32,000 nucleotides of DNA from positions 450,001 to 482,000 of the forward strand of contig NC_009033.1 in NCBI RefSeq assembly GCF_000015945.1, given 5' to 3'. The notes beneath the pieces were generated by a model. It saw only the letters and a list, made by a program, of their open reading frames with translations. It did no database searches and was not told the origin of the DNA. A program made the position numbers and the translations under genes. This document shows positions 1-8,633 of this stretch, piece by piece. Numbering within the stretch: the first letter of the stretch is position 1; each line of letters opens with the position of its first letter. The DNA is from Staphylothermus marinus F1. GTDB taxonomy: Archaea > Thermoproteota > Thermoprotei_A > Sulfolobales > Desulfurococcaceae.

Positions 1-1
1 T

Positions 2-1018
2 GAGATACATGGAGTAGCTTTCAAAGCAGACGTTACTGTGACGTTCCATGATGTTAAGCCTGGTCTCTTAAAAAACCCTGACATAACTGGCGAGATAATT
101 GTTGCAAATATTGGTATTCCCCCAGAAGCACAAACATATGTTGGACCAGGAGATGTTTTATACAATATTCCTCCACGCAAACCAGATACTCATAAGGGAA
201 TGGCAGGGAAAATAGCGGTTATTGGTGGAAGCTATAGATTTACTGGCGCACCAGCTTTATCGGGTCTCGCAGCATTAGAGGCAGGATCTGATCTAGCTTT
301 TATAATAGTGCCGAGCAGTGTGAGAAATATTATAGCTTCTTATTCACCGGAGCTAATAACGCTCCCCTATGAAGGAGAATACTTGGAACCGAGACATGTT
401 GAAACTATTCTTAAATATATTGAGGAGATACGTCCACATGTAGTAGTTATAGGTCCTGGTCTCGGCAGATTACCGGAAACACTTGAAGCAACTAAGAAGA
501 TTATTGATGAATTGTTGAGGAGAAACATTAATCTTGTAATAGATGCTGATGCATTACGCACAATAGAATTTGGAAAAACAATATTTAATGGAAGAACAGT
601 TCTAACTCCCCATAGAGGAGAATTCAAAGCATTCACAAACATAGCCTTATCTGGAAAACCTGTAGAGGATATGGAAAAAGTAGTTGAAGCTGCAAAAACA
701 CTAAATGCAACCATTCTTCTCAAAGCACCAATAGATATTATTAGTGACGGGTACCAAATCAAGCTTAACAAAACAGGAAACCCATACATGTCAATCGGTG
801 GGACAGGAGATGTCCTCACAGGCATAGTTGCATCTATACTAGCTAAAACCAATAATCCATTCATATCTGCATGTGTAGGAGCATATATTAATGGATTAGT
901 AGGAGATTACCTCCTACATGAAAAGAAAACTGTCTCACCAATAAACATTATAAAAACTCTAAACTATGTAATAAATAATCCATTAGAGATCCATGTGAAG
1001 ACTTATTTAAACAAGTAA
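2..1018 (+). CDS. nnr: Bifunctional NAD(P)H-hydrate repair enzyme Nnr/YjeF. The 5' end is cut by the window edge; the ADP-dependent dehydratase (carbohydrate-kinase-like) domain is complete.
   Basis: The frame is open from nt 2 (EIHGVAFKADVTVTF looks like the end of a YjeF_N epimerase domain). Dehydratase-domain motifs are present: HKGMAGKIAVIGGS, GPGLG, TPHRGEF, GGTGDVLTG. Stop TAA at 1016-1018. Confidence 0.85.
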   Translation, partial: EIHGVAFKADVTVTFHDVKPGLLKNPDITGEIIVANIGIPPEAQTYVGPGDVLYNIPPRKPDTHKGMAGKIAVIGGSYRFTGAPALSGLAALEAGSDLAFIIVPSSVRNIIASYSPELITLPYEGEYLEPRHVETILKYIEEIRPHVVVIGPGLGRLPETLEATKKIIDELLRRNINLVIDADALRTIEFGKTIFNGRTVLTPHRGEFKAFTNIALSGKPVEDMEKVVEAAKTLNATILLKAPIDIISDGYQIKLNKTGNPYMSIGGTGDVLTGIVASILAKTNNPFISACVGAYINGLVGDYLLHEKKTVSPINIIKTLNYVINNPLEIHVKTYLNK

Positions 1019-1100
1019 ATAATTTTTACATTTTATATCATAAATAAAATCATGGGTAACCCGCGAAATTGTCTGCTGACATGGTTGGGGATGCAATATA

Positions 1101-4100
1101 ATGCATTTTAATACAGGCTTTGCCTCCACAATATTGATTATAATAATAGTTATTCACAGCACCATATATATTACCTATTATGTTGTAGACAATGAAAAAC
1201 CTATTTATAAAAAATATTTGCCTAAAGCTTGGTTTACATTGAAAGATAGAGATCACGACTATATTAGTGATAAGCTTCTCAATAATCAAAACAAAATTGT
1301 TAGAGCAATAATTGTATTCTCAACAAGAATTAGTAGTTATCATCTCAAACTAATCCAAACATTAGGCGGAAAAATAATAGGTGGACCATGGAGAAATGTT
1401 TTAAACGGTATTGCAATAGAGATTCCCCGCAATAATCTCCAATCACTCAAAGAAGCTCTTATCAGAACAGATTATGATCTAGATGGATACTCAGACCTAT
1501 TATTTATTGAAGAAGATACTAGGATGACCCCTGATCTACACTATGCTACTAGACAAGTAAACATTAGACCAAGAATATGGAATCTAGGTTTTAAGGGTAA
1601 ATATGTTACTATAGCATTAATAGATACTGGTATAAATGTAAATGCTCCAGGAATTAATCGTAGCAAAATAATTTATTCCTATAACGCAACATTAACCGGT
1701 GTTGATCCATTAAGAGACGAATTAGATCATGGAACGCATGTAGCGTCTGTTATTATTGGTGAAAACAATGGGTCCAATGGAAACTTAATACTATCCAAAG
1801 GACCCTTTAATATATCTAATACGGAGAATCAAGACTACATAACAATTTTGCCAACTCCTATCCCAGTATATAGTATGGGGGAGTTAAAGGTCAAGGTATA
1901 CATTGCACCCTATAATAATAGCTACTCATATGAAGCATACCTGTATAAGACAATAAATTATGAAAACGTCTTAGAAGCGATCAAGAATAATGATTTAGAA
2001 TACGTATGCTCAAATAGTTCTTGGAAAATCAACCATATAAGTGATCCAGATGGAAACCTATACGTAAATGCTGAAACACTTTTAACATACAATGTAACCA
2101 GCAAAGATGATCATGGAAACTATGTTATAGGATTACGTCATAATTCATCAAATATCTATTTATGGTTTAATGCAAGTGTTCCATCAATAATATCTAGAGA
2201 CAAATACCCGATTAGTACTGGTGTTGCTCCGGAAGCAAACATTGCTATATTTAGAGTAGCTGATAAACAGGGAAAAATTTATCTCTCATATGTTCTAAAC
2301 GCGCTAGATGAGATTAGCAGGGTTAAGGATATATATAATATTAGTGTTGTAAGCATTAGTTTATCATCAACAATATACTCCGCATCTATGGAAGAAGCAA
2401 CGAAGAATATAGTTGAACAAGGCATAGTAATTGTTTCTTCTACTGGGAACTATGGTGTAAGAGAAGGCTTGAACGCTACCGGTATTTATCCAGCTAGTTT
2501 TCCATGGGTTATAAGTGTTGGAGCTGTTAACGGATTCAATAATATAACATATTATACAACAATTGGCGGATATAGTTCTATCTATAACGTATCAAAACCT
2601 GACCTATTAGCGCCTGGAGGAGACTATGACCACATGATATATACTAGTGACTCAAATAATGAGGGAGATACCCCATTCTATAGCATGGCAAATAAGAACA
2701 TATCCATTATTGATACTGAACCATTAGATTACGAAGCATCTATGGGTACGAGTATTTCAGCGCCAATGGTGGCTGGTGTTGCTGCAATACTTATAAGCAT
2801 TCTTAGATCAACTAATACATCATCAAATCTTAGTCTCTGGGATAGAATTGTTGAAGACTATGGTATTGGAGCAAGTATGTTGATAAAGGAAATAATTGAA
2901 AGTTCATGCTACGAAACATATCCTCTAATAAGAACACTTAATGGAACAGTATCCTATGATCTAGTTAGAAACCAGTATAGTCCAAGCCTTGATCATGGAT
3001 TAAAAGATATCTATGAAGGTTTCGGCGTATTAGATGCATATGCGGCGGTTAACTATACTGTTATGTTGAGAGACTATCTTCTATATCTTTATGGGTTAAG
3101 AAATAGTTATACATATGATTATAGTTTAAACAAAGATAATGTCCCAGCAATAATATATAGTGGCAATCTTAGAAATGGGATAATATATAATATAACAAAG
3201 TATTTTATGAAAGAAGATATATTATTTGGAAACTCGGTTGTTGGTATTCCTGTGCATTTTGAAAGATTTACATTGAAAATTAATGAGCATGAACTTGTAT
3301 CTAGGTTTGGTGTGAGGATAACCTCTTACTCAAATGATCCTGTAAAGACTAATCTTGATGCCGACATATATTTACTGAATACTAATAGCTGGGATGCCCA
3401 ATTATTAAATCATACAGTGGATGGATACGGAGTTCTTGATAAAATAACCTATATAGTGCCTCCCCCAACTGAATCTATAAATAATCATATTTACTATGTA
3501 GCAGTTAAACGAGCAACAGAGGATTCTTTTGGTGGAAGATTTAAACTAGTTATTGGGCCAGGTCTCACAGCAAAATTTGTTAATGGTAGCTATGTATGGA
3601 TAAACTCTACAGCAGCTTCTTCTCCTAACATTGCAAAATATGGCCTCATAATCATATATTATCGGAACAGTACTGGAGTGTATCTGTATAAGCAGGTTAT
3701 AACTACAACAACTAATCTAAATGGCTATGCACATGTATCGAGGCATGTTAACATAATTAATGGTAATTATTCTTTACAAGATGATTGGCAATGGTTTGTC
3801 AGCATAATTTATACTCGAGATCCTAGAGACCTACATAATATTTCTCAGGAAAACATTGTTGAAGGACCAGTATATGTAAAAGTACCCATAGGAGAACCTG
3901 TAAAACTATATTTATCCGGTCCACAAATGGTAATGAATAACGAATCGTTTAGAATTACTGCAACTCTATTTCTAAATGATACTGGGCAACCACTAATACA
4001 TAAACAGATCCTATTCTATGAAAGCAGTGATCGCATGAACTGGACATATATAGGTTCATCAATCACCGACTCGAATGGTTCAGCCGAGATAATTCTTTCA

Positions 4101-6206
4101 AAACCTATAAATGGAATATATTACTATATCGCTGTATACCCCGGTGATAATATATCACAATATACTATATCGAACAATATATTACAAGTAAGAGTATACG
4201 GTGTAACAGCACTATATATTAATGTGTCAAAAACTAGTTTCTACACTATTGAACCAATTAATATATCTATTAAACTATTTTTAAAGAACAGAGGTATCCC
4301 GGTTAGTGGGGAGAGAATAGATGTTTGGTTAAGTTCTGATAACGGGGTAACTTGGCATAAGATCTTCTCGGGAACCACCGATCAAAACGGATATCTAAAC
4401 TATACTTATATTTTCTTATCCAACGGCGCATATCTGCTAAAAGCAAATTATAGTGGAAGCTTTAAAAAATTATTATTCAATGCAGAATCAAACATAATAT
4501 CTCTATCAATATATAGAACCCCTACACATATAGAGACTGAAACAAATAGTACAGATGTAAAAGTCTATGAAGCTGTAGTATTCACAATAGGTCTTAATTA
4601 CACATATAATGGAATGGTTGGCCCAGTAAGAAACGCAAAAGTATATTTGGAACTATATAATACAACGCGGAATTCGTGGACAATAGTAAATATGACAAAT
4701 ACAGATTCTAATGGCTACGCATCATTAATTTATAGATTCACAAGTAATGAAACCTATATTTTTAGAGTTCGTTATGAAGGAAACGCAACATTTATACAAA
4801 CAGTTACAAATACCATAATTATACATGTTAAAAAACTAAACACACATATTATAATAATAAATAAACCGATCAGTGGAGTAACCAAAAAACCTATCCATAT
4901 ATCAGCAAAACTTGTAGACGAAAATAATAGACCTATAGGAAACAGTTTGATCTGGCTCGAAAAACTAGTTAATAATACGTGGATTAAAATATCCCATAAT
5001 ACAACTGATGAAAACGGTATTGTATACTTGTCATGGATCGAGGATAAAAGTGGAATCTATAATTACAGGCTCCTCTTCGAGGGCAAAGACCATGTATATA
5101 ATCCTTCCATGAATAATTTCAGTTTAACAATAGCATTAACATCTACAAAATTATCGTTAGCGAGCAATAGGAGTGAAGCATATGTTAATTCAATTCTCAC
5201 ATTAGTAGCTTATTTATATTCTAATAAAGCATCTATAAGACAAGCCACTATTTATCTTCAGAAACAAATTAATAATACTTGGATAACTGTCGAGAAAAAT
5301 ATTACTGATACAAGAGGTCGTACTATCTTCAAAATATATGAACCTTACGCAGGCAATTATACTTATAGAGCTATATATTATGGAAACATAACCTTTAGCG
5401 GAGCTATAAGCAATTACGTTGAAATCAGAATAATTCCTGTTAAAACATTTCTACTCCTAGAAGCCCCAAAGAATGCTTATGTAAAAGAAAAAATACTTGT
5501 TAGAGCCAGGCTCAATACTCTCCTCCCATATATCGAATCACTTGCTCAACAATGCATTGAACTATGGATTAGTATGAATGGAGTTAATTGGAGCAAGCTT
5601 GCCGTAAACTATACTGATCAATACGGTATAGCATATTTCTATATATCTCTCAACAATTCTGGAACATACTTGCTTAAAGCAAAATATAGTGCTCCCGGAA
5701 AGGATAGTTATAGGCAAATTTATAGTGATGCATATAGTGATACAGTACTTTTAAGAGTATCTAAGATACAGACTCTCTTATTATTGTTAACCAATACAAC
5801 CAAGGTTGGAAAGTATGAAACAATATTGTTAACTGCAAGACTAGTAGATTATAAGTTATCCCCTATTGCTAATGCTACAATAGATTTCTATATTATAAAT
5901 AATAATAAGCTAGTATATATTGGATCAGCAATAACTAATTCAACTGGATACGCAGTCTTAACAATAACATATAGCTTTGCAGAAACAACAACGTTTATTG
6001 CTGCATTTAATGGAACAAGCGAGTATCAAAAAGCACTTAGCAACTATGTTAAGGTGAAATATTTAGAAGAAAACATTAATTCTAACAACATTTTTGCACA
6101 AAATAATTTATTACTCTTAATCTTTTTCCTAATAATTCCACTAATAACTATTTTGATCTATGTTCTTCGGAGAAGAAGCACTCTATGGGAAGAGCCTAAA
6201 TATTAA
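1101..6206 (+). CDS. Giant membrane-anchored S8 (subtilisin-family) serine protease with C-terminal tandem Ig-like repeats
   Basis: Asp-His-Ser order with canonical blocks: ALIDTGIN (Asp codon 1623-1625), DHGTHVAS (His codon 1728-1730), STGNYG (oxyanion Asn) and GTSISAPMVAG (Ser codon 2751-2753). N-terminal hydrophobic signal/anchor ILIIIIVIHSTIYITYYVV. I9-propeptide-like stretch. C-terminal TM LLLLIFFLIIPLITILIYVL followed by RRRS. Confidence 0.9.
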   Translation: MHFNTGFASTILIIIIVIHSTIYITYYVVDNEKPIYKKYLPKAWFTLKDRDHDYISDKLLNNQNKIVRAIIVFSTRISSYHLKLIQTLGGKIIGGPWRNVLNGIAIEIPRNNLQSLKEALIRTDYDLDGYSDLLFIEEDTRMTPDLHYATRQVNIRPRIWNLGFKGKYVTIALIDTGINVNAPGINRSKIIYSYNATLTGVDPLRDELDHGTHVASVIIGENNGSNGNLILSKGPFNISNTENQDYITILPTPIPVYSMGELKVKVYIAPYNNSYSYEAYLYKTINYENVLEAIKNNDLEYVCSNSSWKINHISDPDGNLYVNAETLLTYNVTSKDDHGNYVIGLRHNSSNIYLWFNASVPSIISRDKYPISTGVAPEANIAIFRVADKQGKIYLSYVLNALDEISRVKDIYNISVVSISLSSTIYSASMEEATKNIVEQGIVIVSSTGNYGVREGLNATGIYPASFPWVISVGAVNGFNNITYYTTIGGYSSIYNVSKPDLLAPGGDYDHMIYTSDSNNEGDTPFYSMANKNISIIDTEPLDYEASMGTSISAPMVAGVAAILISILRSTNTSSNLSLWDRIVEDYGIGASMLIKEIIESSCYETYPLIRTLNGTVSYDLVRNQYSPSLDHGLKDIYEGFGVLDAYAAVNYTVMLRDYLLYLYGLRNSYTYDYSLNKDNVPAIIYSGNLRNGIIYNITKYFMKEDILFGNSVVGIPVHFERFTLKINEHELVSRFGVRITSYSNDPVKTNLDADIYLLNTNSWDAQLLNHTVDGYGVLDKITYIVPPPTESINNHIYYVAVKRATEDSFGGRFKLVIGPGLTAKFVNGSYVWINSTAASSPNIAKYGLIIIYYRNSTGVYLYKQVITTTTNLNGYAHVSRHVNIINGNYSLQDDWQWFVSIIYTRDPRDLHNISQENIVEGPVYVKVPIGEPVKLYLSGPQMVMNNESFRITATLFLNDTGQPLIHKQILFYESSDRMNWTYIGSSITDSNGSAEIILSKPINGIYYYIAVYPGDNISQYTISNNILQVRVYGVTALYINVSKTSFYTIEPINISIKLFLKNRGIPVSGERIDVWLSSDNGVTWHKIFSGTTDQNGYLNYTYIFLSNGAYLLKANYSGSFKKLLFNAESNIISLSIYRTPTHIETETNSTDVKVYEAVVFTIGLNYTYNGMVGPVRNAKVYLELYNTTRNSWTIVNMTNTDSNGYASLIYRFTSNETYIFRVRYEGNATFIQTVTNTIIIHVKKLNTHIIIINKPISGVTKKPIHISAKLVDENNRPIGNSLIWLEKLVNNTWIKISHNTTDENGIVYLSWIEDKSGIYNYRLLFEGKDHVYNPSMNNFSLTIALTSTKLSLASNRSEAYVNSILTLVAYLYSNKASIRQATIYLQKQINNTWITVEKNITDTRGRTIFKIYEPYAGNYTYRAIYYGNITFSGAISNYVEIRIIPVKTFLLLEAPKNAYVKEKILVRARLNTLLPYIESLAQQCIELWISMNGVNWSKLAVNYTDQYGIAYFYISLNNSGTYLLKAKYSAPGKDSYRQIYSDAYSDTVLLRVSKIQTLLLLLTNTTKVGKYETILLTARLVDYKLSPIANATIDFYIINNNKLVYIGSAITNSTGYAVLTITYSFAETTTFIAAFNGTSEYQKALSNYVKVKYLEENINSNNIFAQNNLLLLIFFLIIPLITILIYVLRRRSTLWEEPKY
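3900..6068 (+). repeat. Seven tandem ~100-108 aa Ig-like domain repeats, recognisable at protein level, inside the protease CDS
   Basis: Each unit repeats the pattern [hydrophobic strand]...T(D/N)xxG.a...(G/N)xYxxxxxYxG(N/S). Examples: TDSNGSAEIILSKPINGIYYYIAVYPGDN, TTDQNGYLNYTYIFLSNGAYLLKANYSGS, TDSNGYASLIYRFTSNETYIFRVRYEGNATF, TTDENGIVYLSWIEDKSGIYNYRLLFEGKD, TDTRGRTIFKIYEPYAGNYTYRAIYYGNITF, TDQYGIAYFYISLNNSGTYLLKAKYSAPG, TNSTGYAVLTITYSFAETTTFIAAFNGTSEY. Approximate unit starts: 3900, 4201, 4519, 4836, 5141, 5441, 5766. Confidence 0.8.
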
Positions 6207-6280
6207 TTGATATGATTAAAACTTAGGCATGATATATTACGGGCTCTAAACAATACCATAACTTGAGGAGGGAATATTCC

Positions 6281-6451
6281 ATGTTTAAGCTTATCGATAA
6301 GAAAAAGAAGAAAAAAGAAAATACTGATGAAAACAAGGTTCCTCCTGGCATTATTCTTGACGATGACGAAGAACTAATGATTATTTACTCGGAGGAACAA
6401 TATGGATCTGGATGTAGTACGTGTCCTTTTAGAGGATTTTGTGGTAGGTAG
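6281..6451 (+). CDS. Small Lys/Asp/Glu-rich peptide with a C-terminal CxxCx5C motif (hypothetical)
   Basis: 56 aa from ATG 6281 (62 aa if TTG 6263 is used). GGAGG at 6267-6271 sits 9 nt upstream of the ATG. The peptide ends GSGCSTCPFRGFCGR. Its stop TAG 6449-6451 overlaps the GTG start of the next gene by 1 nt (TAGTG). Confidence 0.45.
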   Translation: MFKLIDKKKKKKENTDENKVPPGIILDDDEELMIIYSEEQYGSGCSTCPFRGFCGR

Positions 6452-7056
6452 TGAGAGAGGTAACTGCTTTGACTAGGTATTATGTGCTTAAACTTGGAGA
6501 TAAAATACGTTATAGATGCAGAAGAAGCGGTAGATGCTGCAGTACCGGGCCAAATGTTGCTTTGACAGCGTATGATATATGTAGAATAGCTAGATACATG
6601 AATGTTGATTGGAGAGAGCTTAGAGGTAAATATGTTATAGCCATTATAGCAGATATGATCGCTATACCTGCTCTTCGAGGAATGGGGGATGGAAAATGCG
6701 CGTTCCTCGAACACAGTAATGGTATTCCAACTTGTAAAATATACCCGGCTAGGCCACTAAGATGTCGATTATACCCATTTATTCCAGCTTCGCCCAGCAA
6801 TCCTAATAAGATATATGTAGACCCCTACTGTCCAGGAGTCGGGATTGGCGAAGAAGTAGAGCCTCCATGGAAACTATTAAAACAATACTATAAAGAAGTA
6901 ACAGAACATTATAGAAGAATGTATGATCTAGTATTTAAAGAAGGCTATGAACCATTAGATGCACTAGAAAAACTCATAGATGAAGTATGCAGAAAAGCTG
7001 AGACTAATCCTGAATGGACTAGTTATGAGTACCTCGACAAACTATATAATACATAA
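6451..7056 (+). CDS. YkgJ/UPF0153-type (CxxCxxCC-like) putative zinc/iron-sulfur binding protein
   Basis: The Cys pattern is typical of the family: YRCRRSGRCCSTGP near the N-terminus, then GKCAFLEHSNGIPTCKIYPARPLRCRLYPF and DPYCPGVG. GTG start coupled to the upstream small ORF. Confidence 0.7.
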   Translation: MREVTALTRYYVLKLGDKIRYRCRRSGRCCSTGPNVALTAYDICRIARYMNVDWRELRGKYVIAIIADMIAIPALRGMGDGKCAFLEHSNGIPTCKIYPARPLRCRLYPFIPASPSNPNKIYVDPYCPGVGIGEEVEPPWKLLKQYYKEVTEHYRRMYDLVFKEGYEPLDALEKLIDEVCRKAETNPEWTSYEYLDKLYNT

Positions 7057-7135
7057 CTTATATTTATGAATAGGTATATTGTTTATTATTAAGAAACTAT
7101 TCATAAATCGCTTCTTTTGCGTGGTGGTTACAAAT

Positions 7136-7759
7136 ATGTCTAATTGTAGTAAAGCACTCGGAAAAATTATACAATGGTTAAAGCAGGGTTCTCCTAACTC
7201 CAAGAAACTTATAGATTTTCCATGGGAAGTTGAAGAAGAGAATGGAGTATATAAGGCTGTTAATCCAATGTTTCCTATATCAATATATATTAGTTGCGAC
7301 GATGTAATAGGCGTCGTAAGATTACAGACACCACTAGATTTTGAAACAATTACTATGTCTAAAAATGAAAGATTGCTTCTATACTATAAATTGTTGAGAC
7401 TAAGTATTGCTCCCATGATAAAATATGTATTAGTAGGTGATGAAGCTGTTCCTACTATAGTAGTTGATCTAAGTGTTAAGACGCTAGGCAAAAACGAGTT
7501 CAACGATGCATTGGCAATGCATTTAGCAGCTATAAATGCTATTATTAGAGAGCTAGGATTAGAGGAGAAATACAAGTCTAAATTATTCCTCGAGCTTTTA
7601 TCCCTGGTGAAGAAGCATCTCGAGGAAGGATGGGGTAGAGAGAAGCTAGTTGAATATCTCGTAAAATATGCTAGGATCAATAAGGAACAAGCTAAGGAGA
7701 TAATTGAAGCATTGCTTAAAGAAGTAGTTGGAAGATCAGAATCAAATATATATGCTTAA
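7136..7759 (+). CDS. Hypothetical cytosolic protein; possibly a YbjN/T3SS-chaperone-like fold (unverified)
   Basis: Long ORF with coding-like composition. ATG 7136 is preceded by GGTGG; the track ORF starts at TTG 7079, but that N-terminus looks non-native. The strand/helix pattern ISIYISCDDVIGVVRLQTPL...NERLLLYYKLLRLS...FNDALAMHLAAINAI resembles YbjN-family proteins. Confidence 0.55.
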   Translation: MSNCSKALGKIIQWLKQGSPNSKKLIDFPWEVEEENGVYKAVNPMFPISIYISCDDVIGVVRLQTPLDFETITMSKNERLLLYYKLLRLSIAPMIKYVLVGDEAVPTIVVDLSVKTLGKNEFNDALAMHLAAINAIIRELGLEEKYKSKLFLELLSLVKKHLEEGWGREKLVEYLVKYARINKEQAKEIIEALLKEVVGRSESNIYA

Positions 7760-7762
7760 ACC

Positions 7763-8545
7763 CTAAAATAACCTATTTTTAACCCGCTTAACTCGTTCCA
7801 CTAAGTACATAGCTTTTTGAAGATTCACGGGATTTGTTGTAATACCTTCATTCTTTATACTTGTCCCAACAATTACCGCATCCGCTAAACCAATATATAA
7901 TCCTATATTTTGATAATTAACCCCGCTACCCACAATGACTTCTTTACCATTACAAATCCTCTTAGCTACATAAACCCTTGATACAGGTGTTGCATAACCT
8001 GTATGTTCTCCGGAAACTATTACTCCATCAACTAATCCTCTACTACACGTATTTCTTAAAACCATAGTATAATTCATAAGTGGCTGTGAATGTTTCACAT
8101 TTACATCGGCATAGATTTTTACATTGCATTTTTTCTGCATCTTATACTTCATAATCTCATAGGCTAAAGGCTTAATTATGCCTTCAGGTGCTAGAACGGT
8201 CTCCATATAAACATTTACACGTATAAAGTCTAGGTTATTTCTACAAGCTATATCTATTGATTCTAAACCACTATTTCTTAAAATATTTAAGCCAATCAAT
8301 ATATTAGGGAATTCTTCTCTAATTCTTCTAGCAATATACTCTATAAACCCCAATTTAACAGGGTCTTTCTCGTACACTGGGAATGGATAATCCATATAGT
8401 TTTCAATAATTACACCATCAAACCCGGCCTCTACAAGCTTTTCAGCTTCATTGATCGCATACTCTAGTATAACATCTATTTTTTCACCACTATATTGAGG
8501 AGAATTCGGAAGGGGCGGAAGATGAATCATACCATATAGTTTCAT
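7763..8545 (-). CDS. btpA: BtpA/SgcQ-family TIM-barrel protein
   Basis: N-terminus MKLYGMIHLPPLPNSPQY is the hallmark of the BtpA family. Also FDGVIIEN, VDGVIVSGEHTG and GSGVN blocks. 260 aa, which fits the family length. Confidence 0.75.
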   Translation of the reverse strand: MKLYGMIHLPPLPNSPQYSGEKIDVILEYAINEAEKLVEAGFDGVIIENYMDYPFPVYEKDPVKLGFIEYIARRIREEFPNILIGLNILRNSGLESIDIACRNNLDFIRVNVYMETVLAPEGIIKPLAYEIMKYKMQKKCNVKIYADVNVKHSQPLMNYTMVLRNTCSRGLVDGVIVSGEHTGYATPVSRVYVAKRICNGKEVIVGSGVNYQNIGLYIGLADAVIVGTSIKNEGITTNPVNLQKAMYLVERVKRVKNRLF

Positions 8546-8633
8546 CTAAACCACCCTGATGAAATTAATCATTAATCATTATAACTTGTATAATTTATTA
8601 TTTTACATAGATAGAAGTAAAATAAGTGAGTGG

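Noticed and set aside
367-864. Long antisense ORFs opposite well-supported genes: 367-864 (-), 11147-11644 (-), 15666-16205 (-), 20231-20692 (+), 22049-22366 (+), 22682-23086 (+), 23117-23443 (+), 28152-28391 (+), 16379-16711 (+) and others in the track.
   Set aside because: Each lies entirely inside a gene with strong family motifs on the other strand. Their translations are low-complexity Ser/Ile/Leu/Phe-rich with no recognisable motifs. They are typical shadow ORFs.
1050-1289. 79-aa minus-strand ORF overlapping the protease start
   Set aside because: It overlaps the protease N-terminus and promoter region. The sequence is low-complexity and Ile/Tyr/Asn-rich, with no motif support.
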